NCBI GenBank assembly: GCA_964457525.1
Contig: CAYWGS010000004.1
Coordinates: 1 to 29,729 of the forward strand
Length of the DNA: 29,729 nt
Source of the DNA: an uncultured Erysipelotrichaceae bacterium
Lineage (GTDB): Bacteria; Bacillota_I; Bacilli_A; Erysipelotrichales; Erysipelotrichaceae
Reading direction: 5' to 3'
Below, piece after piece: positions 16,432-24,744 of this stretch (positions are counted from its first letter, which is position 1; each line of letters starts with the position of its first letter). Under the pieces are notes generated by a model. The model ran no database searches. It worked only from the letters and a program-made list of their open reading frames with translations, and was not told the origin of the DNA. A program made the translations under genes and the position numbers.

Positions 16432-16459
16432 TTGAAAATTTACATTGATTTGATATAAT
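16432..16459 (+). promoter_or_regulatory. Sigma-A type promoter of the PEPCK-like gene
   Basis: -35 TTGAAA (16432-16437), 16-nt spacer, extended -10 TGaTATAAT (16451-16459). The AAAGGA SD lies 6 nt before ATG 16483. Confidence 0.55.
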
Positions 16460-16482
16460 TAGGAAAAAATAAAGGACACACT

Positions 16483-18183
16483 ATGAAAGATGCAATATAT
16501 ATCAAAAAACAAACAGCTGTACTAAACTTTTCTACTTTTTTTCCAACAAGTTCAGAAGAGTTTTTAGGCTCCGAAGGATTTAGAGTCATTGCTTATCATT
16601 ATTTGCTCGATTTACAGAAAAGAGATCAAGTTAATTATGATTGGTGTTTAGAGGGGAAAAGCATAGAAGATTTCATTCCAAGAATGGTACGTTTTCTTAA
16701 ACTATTATTAGTGCTCGATTTAAATGAGTTCACTCAAACTGAAAAGCGTGATATGCAACGTGTTGGATTACTTGTAGAAGATTTCTATAACTATTGGCGA
16801 AATTTACAACGTGTTTCTACGATTAAACTCTCTTCAAGTTCAAGTGGTCAAGTTTCGAACTTCATGGATGCGGATACTCGATTTAATAATCTTATTTTGG
16901 CAACGTATCGTGCCTTTCAAGAGAAGATACAAGGGTATAAGAATAAAGTTTATCGACAACTACAAGCTGGAACCAATGCATCTATGGTTTTAAGAGATGT
17001 GAAGTGGGATATACCATTGGGTTATGAAATGCTTAAGGGAATCCCTTTTGTGGATTCAATCTTGCTTAGAACACCGTTATTACTTCATCCTGAAGGAACG
17101 AAACGTTATGGGTCTTTCATATTCAATGATTATAATCCATTTGATCAATTGAAACTCAATCGTCATGAATGGTTCTGTTATCCTGCTAAAGTAGGAAAAC
17201 TTCTTATCTTCATCTATGTTCATTTTGACTTTAGTTTTTCTGGGATTACTAATGCGAACTTATTTGAACTCGCTAGTCCATCAGAAATAGTGAATCAAAA
17301 ACCGGATGGAATTATCTTATTTGGTTTAGATGATAAGACGGAAGAATCCAGTTATGCCTATGACGAGAAGCGAGATTTATGGGTTGCGAAAGTACCATAT
17401 ATGACTAAGATCGAATATTATGGATACATGAAGAAAATGGTACTAACCATGCATAATGCGATTATGATTAATCGTAAATGGTTACCGATTCATGGTTCTA
17501 TGATAAATGTTCACTTTAAGGGTAAAGATCCAATTGGTGTTGTCTTTATGGGAGACTCTGGTGCTGGTAAATCAGAAACCATTGAAGCGATGCAACTGCT
17601 CAATCATCCTGATCTATTAAAGATGGATGTCATCTTTGATGATATGGGTACTTTCCATATCGAAGATGGAAAACTTGTAGCACAAGGAACAGAAATTGGT
17701 GCTTTTATTCGATTAGATGACTTAGATAAGGGATCACCGTATAAAACGATGGATCGATCCATCTTTATGAATCCTGAAAGTGTTAATGCTCGAGTTGTTA
17801 TTCCTGTGAGTTCATACAATATGATTACTCAGAATCATCCTGTACACTACTTCTTCTATGCAAATAACTATGTCAATGAAGTTGGACTTAAAACAGTTGA
17901 AAAAGCAAATGAGCTTAAACAAGTGTTTGTGGAAGGAAAACGTATGGCTCTCGCGACAACTCATGAAGTGGGTATTTCTACCACATACTTTGCGAATCCA
18001 TTTGGACCGATGCAAGATCAAAAGCATTGTGATCCACTGATTGATTATTATTTTGAACAACTGGATGAATCGAGTGTTATTGTGGGTGAAGTCTACACAG
18101 GACTTGGAGTTAAAGGAAGTGCGGATGACCATTTAACTCAAACCGCAAAAGTTTTACTCAATACACTTTTAAACAAAAACTAA
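16483..18183 (+). CDS. Divergent PEP-carboxykinase/HPr-kinase-fold P-loop protein, substrate unknown
   Basis: The C-terminal half carries ordered look-alikes of the PEPCK(ATP) blocks: YYGYMKK, LPIHGSMIN, FMGDSGAGKSET (P-loop, 17551-17577), VIFDDMGTF and NARVVIPV. I cannot assign the N-terminal ~300 aa to any family. Confidence 0.5.
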   Translation: MKDAIYIKKQTAVLNFSTFFPTSSEEFLGSEGFRVIAYHYLLDLQKRDQVNYDWCLEGKSIEDFIPRMVRFLKLLLVLDLNEFTQTEKRDMQRVGLLVEDFYNYWRNLQRVSTIKLSSSSSGQVSNFMDADTRFNNLILATYRAFQEKIQGYKNKVYRQLQAGTNASMVLRDVKWDIPLGYEMLKGIPFVDSILLRTPLLLHPEGTKRYGSFIFNDYNPFDQLKLNRHEWFCYPAKVGKLLIFIYVHFDFSFSGITNANLFELASPSEIVNQKPDGIILFGLDDKTEESSYAYDEKRDLWVAKVPYMTKIEYYGYMKKMVLTMHNAIMINRKWLPIHGSMINVHFKGKDPIGVVFMGDSGAGKSETIEAMQLLNHPDLLKMDVIFDDMGTFHIEDGKLVAQGTEIGAFIRLDDLDKGSPYKTMDRSIFMNPESVNARVVIPVSSYNMITQNHPVHYFFYANNYVNEVGLKTVEKANELKQVFVEGKRMALATTHEVGISTTYFANPFGPMQDQKHCDPLIDYYFEQLDESSVIVGEVYTGLGVKGSADDHLTQTAKVLLNTLLNKN

Positions 18184-18205
18184 GCAAGATTATTGCTTAG
18201 TTTTT
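18180..18205. terminator. Hairpin terminator after the PEPCK-like gene (also covers the stop of the convergent HAD gene)
   Basis: CTAAGCAA (18180-18187) pairs with TTGCTTAG (18193-18200) around the loop gatta, followed by TTTTT. The reverse strand is also followed by a T-rich run. Confidence 0.6.
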
Positions 18206-18981
18206 ATGTATCCTAATTTTACAAGTATATTATAGATGCCATCCTGATCCACATCATCCGTCACATAATCCGCAATTGCTTTTAACTTAGGATCCGCATT
18301 GCCCATCGCAACCGATATCTTAGCTCCGTTTAACATTTCCATGTCATTTTGAGAATCACCAAATGCGGCATACTCTGTTGGTAAATCAAGGGCTGAACAT
18401 AGTTCCAATATTGCACTGTGCTTAGAAACACCTGTTGTGGCTAAATCCGCATAGGTACTCACCGAAATGAATGTACTTAAGCCATCAATGGCTTTAAATG
18501 GTGCGTAATCATATCCTTTTGGGGCGTAGACTAAGATTTTATCAATTGGTTGATTCGTATACTCCGCAACATCCGGTATCGGCTCATTAAAGAAGTTATG
18601 TGCTTCATAGACATATTCATTGGGTTCTTCTAACAAGAAATCATTTCCTAATGAACTAAAGAATAGGTTAAACCCTAATTTCTTGGCTATATCAATTGTC
18701 TCAAGAATCTTATCATGAGGAAGGGTATGATGATGGATAAACTTCTCATTTCCATCCATCACAACTTGACCATTGTTTAAACAATAACCACTCCAAGGCA
18801 ATAGATCACATGCGCCTGTTAACTTTAATAAAGGATAACTACGACCAGACGCGATCGCAATCCTATATCCATTCTCTACAACCTTGTTTAATGCAAGTAT
18901 TGCGGATTCAGGAATTTGATGTGTTTTATTATCGACCAGTGTGTTGTCGAAATCAAAGAAAAGTATTTTAGGTAAGTTCAT
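18190..18981 (-). CDS. Cof-type HAD-IIB family phosphatase
   Basis: Motif I is FFDFDNTLV, motif II is ASGRS, and motif IV is FGDSQNDMEML. The ~260-aa length with a large cap domain is typical of Cof/YbjI-like sugar-phosphate phosphatases. Confidence 0.85.
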   Translation of the reverse strand: MNLPKILFFDFDNTLVDNKTHQIPESAILALNKVVENGYRIAIASGRSYPLLKLTGACDLLPWSGYCLNNGQVVMDGNEKFIHHHTLPHDKILETIDIAKKLGFNLFFSSLGNDFLLEEPNEYVYEAHNFFNEPIPDVAEYTNQPIDKILVYAPKGYDYAPFKAIDGLSTFISVSTYADLATTGVSKHSAILELCSALDLPTEYAAFGDSQNDMEMLNGAKISVAMGNADPKLKAIADYVTDDVDQDGIYNILVKLGYIKTKQ

Positions 18982-19040
18982 AATTTTATTACTCCAAGCA
19001 TAAGTATAACAGAATGTTCAAATTATGGTAAAATAGGACA

Positions 19041-19850
19041 ATGATAAAATTATTTGTAAGTGATATTGATGGGACAATATTTGATCACACCGTAGGAGTT
19101 CCCACAGAAAACGTAGAAGCATTATTAAGATTACAAGCCAATCAAGTTAAGATGGTCTTAGCCAGTGGAAGAGCTATTCCAGCGATGATGGAAATTGCGG
19201 AAATGATTCAATTAAAAGAACATAAAGGCTATTTAATCGCAAGCAATGGCGCTGAAGTATATGATTGTGAAAAAGGAGTGTTTATTCATCAGGCGCTTGT
19301 TCCAGTAAATATTCTAAGAGACATGTATCAATTCTGTTTAGAGAATGAACTTTTCTTCTCTTGTGTACAAGGGGATGTTCTATATTATTCATTTTATGAT
19401 CAAGCGGTTGAGCATGAGAAGTATCATGGTAAGTTCCAAATAGAAAAGATCAATCGTGCAGAAGATATTAAACTCGATAGTCCAAAATGCTCGGTTAATA
19501 TTAATATGGATGCGGATCCGAAGAATATGGACACATTTGAAAAGAAGTTTAAACCTTATGTCAGTATTGAACGTTTATCATCCTTTTACATGGATGTTCA
19601 AAGTATCGGGCAATGCAAGAGACTTGGTTTAGAAAGACTCTGTAAGTATCTCAATATCGGTATGCATGAAGTTGCGGCAATTGGAGACGGGTCCAATGAT
19701 CGTACCATGTTAGAAAGTGTTGGAATCTCCGCAAGTCTAAAGAACTCTAATACACAGATTATGGAAATTGTCGATCATATTATGCCAAGTGCGAAAGAAG
19801 CAGGGGTTGCTCATTTTGCACAGTTAATCCTAAAACAAAATGCACTTTAA
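19041..19850 (+). CDS. Cof-type HAD-IIB family phosphatase (second, divergent paralog)
   Basis: Motif I is FVSDIDGTIF, motif II is ASGRA, and motif IV is IGDGSNDRTMLE. 269 aa. Confidence 0.85.
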   Translation: MIKLFVSDIDGTIFDHTVGVPTENVEALLRLQANQVKMVLASGRAIPAMMEIAEMIQLKEHKGYLIASNGAEVYDCEKGVFIHQALVPVNILRDMYQFCLENELFFSCVQGDVLYYSFYDQAVEHEKYHGKFQIEKINRAEDIKLDSPKCSVNINMDADPKNMDTFEKKFKPYVSIERLSSFYMDVQSIGQCKRLGLERLCKYLNIGMHEVAAIGDGSNDRTMLESVGISASLKNSNTQIMEIVDHIMPSAKEAGVAHFAQLILKQNAL

Positions 19851-19859
19851 GTGCATTTT
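19837..19859. terminator. Bidirectional hairpin between convergent HAD and GPH transporter genes
   Basis: AAAATGCAC (19837-19845) pairs with GTGCATTTT (19851-19859) around the loop tttaa. It has flanking A/T runs on both strands and spans both stop codons. Confidence 0.5.
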
Positions 19860-21171
19860 ATTTTTGATTCATTTTTTCAAGCATCATTTTATGATCAGCT
19901 TCAGTAAATTTAAACCAGAACATTGGAATAATCGCAAGTAAACTCGCAACAGCAGGATAGAGTGAGATAAGCGAGAAGATGCCATTCAACGCGTCTTTCG
20001 ATTGTACGACATTCTCTACAAATCCAACTTGAGTTAAGATAATACCAATCCAGAATAAACCAAAGGCTGATTGAAGTTTAGTTGTGAAGGTATGTAAGGA
20101 GAAACTTAAACCTTCTGTTCGAATACCCGTTTGATATTCACAATAATCAACACAATCACCGACTAGAGTATAGGTTATGACATCATTCAATCCAAGGGAT
20201 AAACCTGAAACAAATAGTAGTATATAATTAACAATCATGTTTTCAAATCCAAGAATAAACATAAGGAAGTGACTGACAAAACCAAGGATGAGTGAGTAAT
20301 TATAAAGCTGTTTCTTAGAGAAAATCTTCTTTAAGAATGGAGTCACAAGCATCGCAAGAATCATAGCCGCAATCAGTAATCCACCAAGAATTGAGAAAGC
20401 AGCTTCATCGTTCATATTATATTTAGCGAAGTATAGACCAGCAGTCGCTATAACCATTCTAAAGGCTTGTAAGAAGCGTGAAGTTTGAAGGAGTAATAAT
20501 GGCTTATTTTTAAGAAGAACCGATAGAGGAGCAGTTTCTTGTTCTCCAAGGGTTGTTCGTTCTTTTGCGTAGAATCCAACTAAACTAAACAATAAACTAC
20601 CGGTTAAAGCCATCGCAACGGCAGTAATAAAGTATGCGAAGGAACCGCCACCAAAATAAGAAATCATAAGTGGAGGAATTACGATAGATATCGCAAGACC
20701 AACATTACATAAGATACGAGCTAAACTAACTAATTTTAGGCGTTCATTGGGATCGGATGATATTGCGACAGATAAACCCCAATAAGGAACATCACTCACG
20801 GTATACATCAAATCCCAGAGGATAAAGCTCACATAAGCATAGACTAAACGAAGTGTATAACTCATATCAGGTACAAAGAACACCAACAAAGTAAACACAG
20901 CCATTGGGACTGGAATGACTCTTAAATAAGGAATTAATTTACCTTTCTTTGTTCGAGTTTTGTCAATAATAAGTCCCATAATTGGATCATTCACCGCATC
21001 AAAAATTCGAGCTACAAGCATGAGTGTTCCAACCGCTACAGGTAAAAGTTTTACGACATCCGTATAGAATACCATGATATAGGCAGTCGTATAGTTGTAT
21101 ACCATGTTCTGCCCAAGTCCAGCTAATCCAAAGGAAAGTCGCTCTTTAAATGATATTTTATTGTCTTGCAT
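19858..21171 (-). CDS. Glycoside-pentoside-hexuronide (GPH):cation symporter family transporter (MFS)
   Basis: 437 aa, about 12 TM helices. The GPH signature RIFDAVNDPIMGLIIDKTRTKKGKLIPYL lies in loop 2-3. AAGGAG lies 7 nt upstream of ATG 21171. Confidence 0.85.
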   Translation of the reverse strand: MQDNKISFKERLSFGLAGLGQNMVYNYTTAYIMVFYTDVVKLLPVAVGTLMLVARIFDAVNDPIMGLIIDKTRTKKGKLIPYLRVIPVPMAVFTLLVFFVPDMSYTLRLVYAYVSFILWDLMYTVSDVPYWGLSVAISSDPNERLKLVSLARILCNVGLAISIVIPPLMISYFGGGSFAYFITAVAMALTGSLLFSLVGFYAKERTTLGEQETAPLSVLLKNKPLLLLQTSRFLQAFRMVIATAGLYFAKYNMNDEAAFSILGGLLIAAMILAMLVTPFLKKIFSKKQLYNYSLILGFVSHFLMFILGFENMIVNYILLFVSGLSLGLNDVITYTLVGDCVDYCEYQTGIRTEGLSFSLHTFTTKLQSAFGLFWIGIILTQVGFVENVVQSKDALNGIFSLISLYPAVASLLAIIPMFWFKFTEADHKMMLEKMNQK

Positions 21172-21232
21172 ACAAACTCCTTTTTTCTTAGTATACTGAT
21201 TTTATCTAAAGAATAAAAGGAACTCTGAATAA

Positions 21233-21394
21233 ATGAAATCAAAAGAACGAATAATCAAGGAGATTGTGATTGAAAGTAATCAACTATTAGAACTAGTTCA
21301 ATGGAATGGACAAAAAGAAGATATTAATAAAATGAAAGAAGTATTATTGAATCTAAAGAATAAATGCATTGAACTCGAGAAAGAACTAGGATAA
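21233..21394 (+). CDS. Hypothetical 53-aa helical protein (below the ORF-track cutoff)
   Basis: The ATG-to-TAA ORF encodes MKSKERIIKEIVIESNQLLELVQWNGQKEDINKMKEVLLNLKNKCIELEKELG. An AAGGA SD-like element lies 11 nt upstream (long spacing). I recognise no family, and the ORF may be spurious. Confidence 0.3.
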   Translation: MKSKERIIKEIVIESNQLLELVQWNGQKEDINKMKEVLLNLKNKCIELEKELG

Positions 21395-21431
21395 TTCGAT
21401 TAAATATCATATTTAAGAGTGGAGGTACCTT

Positions 21432-21557
21432 ATGGCTACATCAACACTCATACTTTATGTTGCGGTTGCGGCTGGAGTCGCTGCAATCTTCAAAATTCTG
21501 ACTTCCAATCGTGGAAGAGTGAGCATCCCAGGTGTACAGATGACCTGGGGAAAATAG
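21432..21557 (+). CDS. Hypothetical 41-aa single-pass membrane peptide (below the ORF-track cutoff)
   Basis: GGAGG (21421-21425) lies exactly 6 nt before ATG 21432. The product is MATSTLILYVAVAAGVAAIFKILTSNRGRVSIPGVQMTWGK: one TM helix plus a basic tail. The stop codon runs directly into a hairpin terminator. Confidence 0.5.
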   Translation: MATSTLILYVAVAAGVAAIFKILTSNRGRVSIPGVQMTWGK

Positions 21558-21577
21558 AGGACCTTGTCCTCTTTTCT
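21556..21577 (+). terminator. Hairpin terminator after the 41-aa sORF, 3 nt before the radC start
   Basis: AGAGGAC (21556-21562) pairs with GTCCTCT (21566-21572) around the loop ctt, running into TTTTCT. Confidence 0.5.
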
Positions 21578-21579
21578 AT

Positions 21580-22257
21580 ATGAAAATAAAAGATCACAAC
21601 ATTGAAGATCGACCTCGTGAGAAGGTCAAAGAATTAGGTATTCGTTCATTAAGTCATCGAGAACTCTTAGCGCTTGTTTTACGCTCAGGAATTAGAGGAA
21701 AATCAGCGCTTGATTTAGCGGATGATCTTTTGAAACAAGCAAATGGAATTAATGGACTCATTGGACTAGAATACGAAGACTTAATCAAAATTAATGGCAT
21801 TAAAAGTGCTAAAGCATCCGAGATTTGTGCCATTACAGAGTTATCACGAAGAATGGCATTTTATCAAAGTACTCAAGTTGATATTGTGGATCAACCGCAA
21901 ACCTTAGTGCATTGGTTAAAGAAAGAAATGGGTTCACTTAAACAGGAACATTTCCTCGTTATTTTTCTGAATACGAAGAATCATATTATTGGATATCGTC
22001 CCTTATTTATTGGAGGGTTAGACAGATCAATCGTTCATCCAAGAGAAGTATTTAAGCATGCGGTGAATCATTCAGCAGCGAGAATCGTGGTTGTACATAA
22101 TCATCCAAGTGGTGATGTGACGCCGAGCGAGAACGATTGGATGGTAACACAAGTACTTGAAGAAGCAGGTCAAACGATGGGGATTCCGCTTTTGGATCAC
22201 ATTATTATTTCAGAACGTGGGTATACGAGTTTAAGAGAGGTCTTGAGAAAAGATTGA
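21580..22257 (+). CDS. radC: RadC-family JAB/MPN domain protein (UPF0758)
   Basis: The N-terminus IEDRPREKVKELGIRSLSHRELLALVLRSG (HhH region) and the C-terminal JAMM motif VVHNHPSGDVTPSENDWMVT are both present. Confidence 0.9.
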   Translation: MKIKDHNIEDRPREKVKELGIRSLSHRELLALVLRSGIRGKSALDLADDLLKQANGINGLIGLEYEDLIKINGIKSAKASEICAITELSRRMAFYQSTQVDIVDQPQTLVHWLKKEMGSLKQEHFLVIFLNTKNHIIGYRPLFIGGLDRSIVHPREVFKHAVNHSAARIVVVHNHPSGDVTPSENDWMVTQVLEEAGQTMGIPLLDHIIISERGYTSLREVLRKD

Positions 22258-22294
22258 ACTTATTTTAAATGCTCTTTATAATAGGGGTACAACT

Positions 22295-23146
22295 ATGAAA
22301 AAAATGTCCCCCATTCAAAAAGCACTCGCAATTATTGCGTCGATATTACTTGTTCTAATTTTAAGTTTAAACGTTATCGTAATAACTTCTCCTAAGTTAG
22401 GACGTGAACAAACTTCCTATTATTTCTTTGCGCAAGTTCAATATGCACTTATCCAAAGACCAGCCAATGCAGTGACTGGTTTCTTTGAAGATTTAACGAA
22501 GTTATGGAGTACGATGGAAGAGAATAAGATCTTAAGATCTCAAATCGAACTCATCTCGGTATATCAAGCAAAACTTGAAGAAGCGTATCGTGATATCGAT
22601 GATCTTAAAAAATTTAATGAATTGTTACTGAGTATGAGTGAGTCCGAAACAATATCCGCAACCATTATCCAAAGAAGTATGGAAAACTTCACAAATACAT
22701 TAGTCATCAATATCGGAAGTGCAGATGGGGTTGAATTAGGGGATGCGGTTATTAGTAGTAAGGGTTTAATTGGTAAAGTCACCAGTTTAAATGAAAATAC
22801 ATCTGTAGTACTTCTTCTAACAACTGAACTAGAAATGAATAAGATAACAGTCAAGATTCAAGTTGATCCAAGTAAAACATCCGAGGCAATCCTTGAAAAA
22901 TATGATCCAAATACACAAAGTTATCTATTAAAGTTATTGGATACTAACTCATCCATTACAGAAGGGATGAAAGTCGTATCATCTGGATCGGGGGGGTTGT
23001 TTCCGAGTGGTTTATTAGTAGGAACCGTAAATCATGTCGAAACATTACCGAATGCGATTGGGTTAAAAATATTGGTGGAACCTGCAGCTGATTTCTATCA
23101 TTTAAATTATGTAGCAGTTGTAAAGCGAGGAACCGTTAATGAATAA
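22295..23146 (+). CDS. mreC: Rod shape-determining protein MreC
   Basis: N-terminal TM helix, a coiled-coil segment (ENKILRSQIELISVYQAKLEEAYRDIDDLKK), then beta-barrel domain motifs GDAVISSKGLIGKVTSLNENTSVVLLLT and SGGLFPSGLLVGTV. Confidence 0.88.
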   Translation: MKKMSPIQKALAIIASILLVLILSLNVIVITSPKLGREQTSYYFFAQVQYALIQRPANAVTGFFEDLTKLWSTMEENKILRSQIELISVYQAKLEEAYRDIDDLKKFNELLLSMSESETISATIIQRSMENFTNTLVINIGSADGVELGDAVISSKGLIGKVTSLNENTSVVLLLTTELEMNKITVKIQVDPSKTSEAILEKYDPNTQSYLLKLLDTNSSITEGMKVVSSGSGGLFPSGLLVGTVNHVETLPNAIGLKILVEPAADFYHLNYVAVVKRGTVNE

Positions 23147-23696
23147 AATCATTTATCTACTCGCTTGTTTTGCTATGGATACTTTGATGGGTAGTATTTT
23201 CCCGCAGGATTATGCAAATATTCGACTTAGTTTTATATCAAATATGGGAATTGTTGGAATCATGTTTGTGAGTCGTGGGCTTGATTTAAAAACTACATTA
23301 CTCTTAGCACTTGGGTTTGGTTTGTTTATTGATTTAACGCATTATTCATTTTTCTTATTAATGGCTTTTAGTTATACCATTACCTTATTTGTTGTTCGTA
23401 ATTGGTCAAATCAAATTAATGAATCCATTCCTGAAATTATTATCTTAGGGATGTTAACGATTTTTATTCAGAATTTTATTGTGTTTATTGTCATGCGATA
23501 CTTAGGAATTAGCCAAATTACCTTCTTAAAATGGTTTAGTTATCGAGAGTTTCTAACATTAATCGGTAATGTTCCACTTATTTTACTCGCCTATTTTGGT
23601 AATACATTTGTCAAAATGGTGGAAGCTGAGCGTGAATATAGACGTAGAAGAAGTGAGAAGACACTTTGGATGAAGGTTTCAAATCCTTTTGAATGA
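23139..23696 (+). CDS. mreD: Rod shape-determining protein MreD (polytopic membrane protein)
   Basis: 185-aa protein with about 5 TM helices, immediately after and overlapping mreC by 8 nt, in the conserved position of mreD. Sequence conservation in this family is weak, so the call rests mostly on context and topology. Confidence 0.7.
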   Translation: MNKIIYLLACFAMDTLMGSIFPQDYANIRLSFISNMGIVGIMFVSRGLDLKTTLLLALGFGLFIDLTHYSFFLLMAFSYTITLFVVRNWSNQINESIPEIIILGMLTIFIQNFIVFIVMRYLGISQITFLKWFSYREFLTLIGNVPLILLAYFGNTFVKMVEAEREYRRRRSEKTLWMKVSNPFE

Positions 23697-23699
23697 GTA

Positions 23700-23708
23700 T
23701 GTTATAAT
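23700..23708 (+). promoter_or_regulatory. Possible extended -10 promoter element for the orphan lipoprotein gene
   Basis: TGtTATAAT at 23700-23708, 17 nt upstream of ATG 23726 (AAGGA SD at 23713-23717). There is no convincing -35. Confidence 0.35.
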
Positions 23709-23725
23709 AGCCAAGGATAAACATT

Positions 23726-24682
23726 ATGAAAAAAATATTACTTACACTCATCACAACTTTATTAATACTTTCATCACTAAGCGCATGTAAGCTTACAACG
23801 CTTAATATTGGGGTAACCACGTATCCGATTGAATACATTGTTAATCGTATAGCACAAGACAAGGTTAATGTTATTCAATACAGCGAAGGGCCAACGATTA
23901 CACGTGCACAGATTCGCGATGATTATAAGGATGTTTTAGAAACGACGGATGTTGTGTTCTATTTCGGTAAATTAGAACCTTATTTTGCGGTTCATTTGAC
24001 TGAGTTCCAAGAATCAAATGCACAATTGATTGACTTAACCAGTAATGCAGGTGTTTATAAATTTCAACGTTATACCGTAACTCAGGTATCTGATCGCCAA
24101 GTAACCATTGAGGATAACTATTATAGTTCAAACTTATTTGATTCATCAAATATGTATGATAAAGATCCAATTCTATGGTTAGATCCAATCACTATGATCT
24201 CAATGGCAGGTACGATAAAAGATTGGTTAATCGAACGCTTCCCTGAAGAACGTAATTTCTTTACAACAAACTATGATTTACTAAAACAAGAATTAGCTCG
24301 TATGGATGCGGATTATCAAGAACTTTGGAAACAAGACATTAGTTTTGTCAGTGTAACACCAAGTTTTGGTAATTGGCAAAAAGCATATGGAATTCATGTT
24401 TACCCACTTATTCTTTCACGATATGGTGTGTTACCTTCCGCAGAACAGTTAGCAGTCATTAAGAATAAAATCAAGGAAGATGGTGTTAAATTAATCGTTC
24501 ATGAACCTAATTTATCCGAAGATATGGAAGCGTTATATCAATCGATTAAAACAGAACTTGAACTTGATGAAATTGAACTACATAATCTTGCGTTCTTAAG
24601 TGAAAATGATATCAGCAATAATAAGAACTATATGACTATTATGTTCGAAAATCTTAATACCTTAGAAGGATTAAAACCTTAA
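23726..24682 (+). CDS. TroA/ZnuA-fold (cluster A-I) substrate-binding lipoprotein lacking the canonical metal-ligand histidines; orphan with no adjacent ABC genes
   Basis: Lipoprotein signal MKKILLTLITTLLILSSLSAC. It is a clear paralog of the znuA product (shared IAQDKVNV, D.DP.LWLDP, same length and layout). However, the EPH / DPH / GGH positions read GPT-region / DPI / TPS. Confidence 0.75.
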   Translation: MKKILLTLITTLLILSSLSACKLTTLNIGVTTYPIEYIVNRIAQDKVNVIQYSEGPTITRAQIRDDYKDVLETTDVVFYFGKLEPYFAVHLTEFQESNAQLIDLTSNAGVYKFQRYTVTQVSDRQVTIEDNYYSSNLFDSSNMYDKDPILWLDPITMISMAGTIKDWLIERFPEERNFFTTNYDLLKQELARMDADYQELWKQDISFVSVTPSFGNWQKAYGIHVYPLILSRYGVLPSAEQLAVIKNKIKEDGVKLIVHEPNLSEDMEALYQSIKTELELDEIELHNLAFLSENDISNNKNYMTIMFENLNTLEGLKP

Positions 24683-24706
24683 CCAAAGTTTAACTTTGGT
24701 TTTTTT
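24683..24706 (+). terminator. Rho-independent terminator after the orphan lipoprotein gene
   Basis: CCAAAG (24683-24688) pairs with CTTTGG (24694-24699); the stem is extendable to ACCAAAGTT/AACTTTGGT. It is followed by TTTTTTTA. Confidence 0.7.
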
Positions 24707-24744
24707 ATGTTTGGGGTATGTTAAAATAAAAGGGTGAGGTTACT

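Noticed and set aside
18190-21171. Two Cof phosphatases plus the GPH symporter plus the PEPCK-like gene, considered as one sugar-phosphate utilisation operon
   Set aside because: The four genes lie on alternating strands, separated by promoters and hairpins, so they are separate transcription units. A functional linkage cannot be supported from sequence alone.
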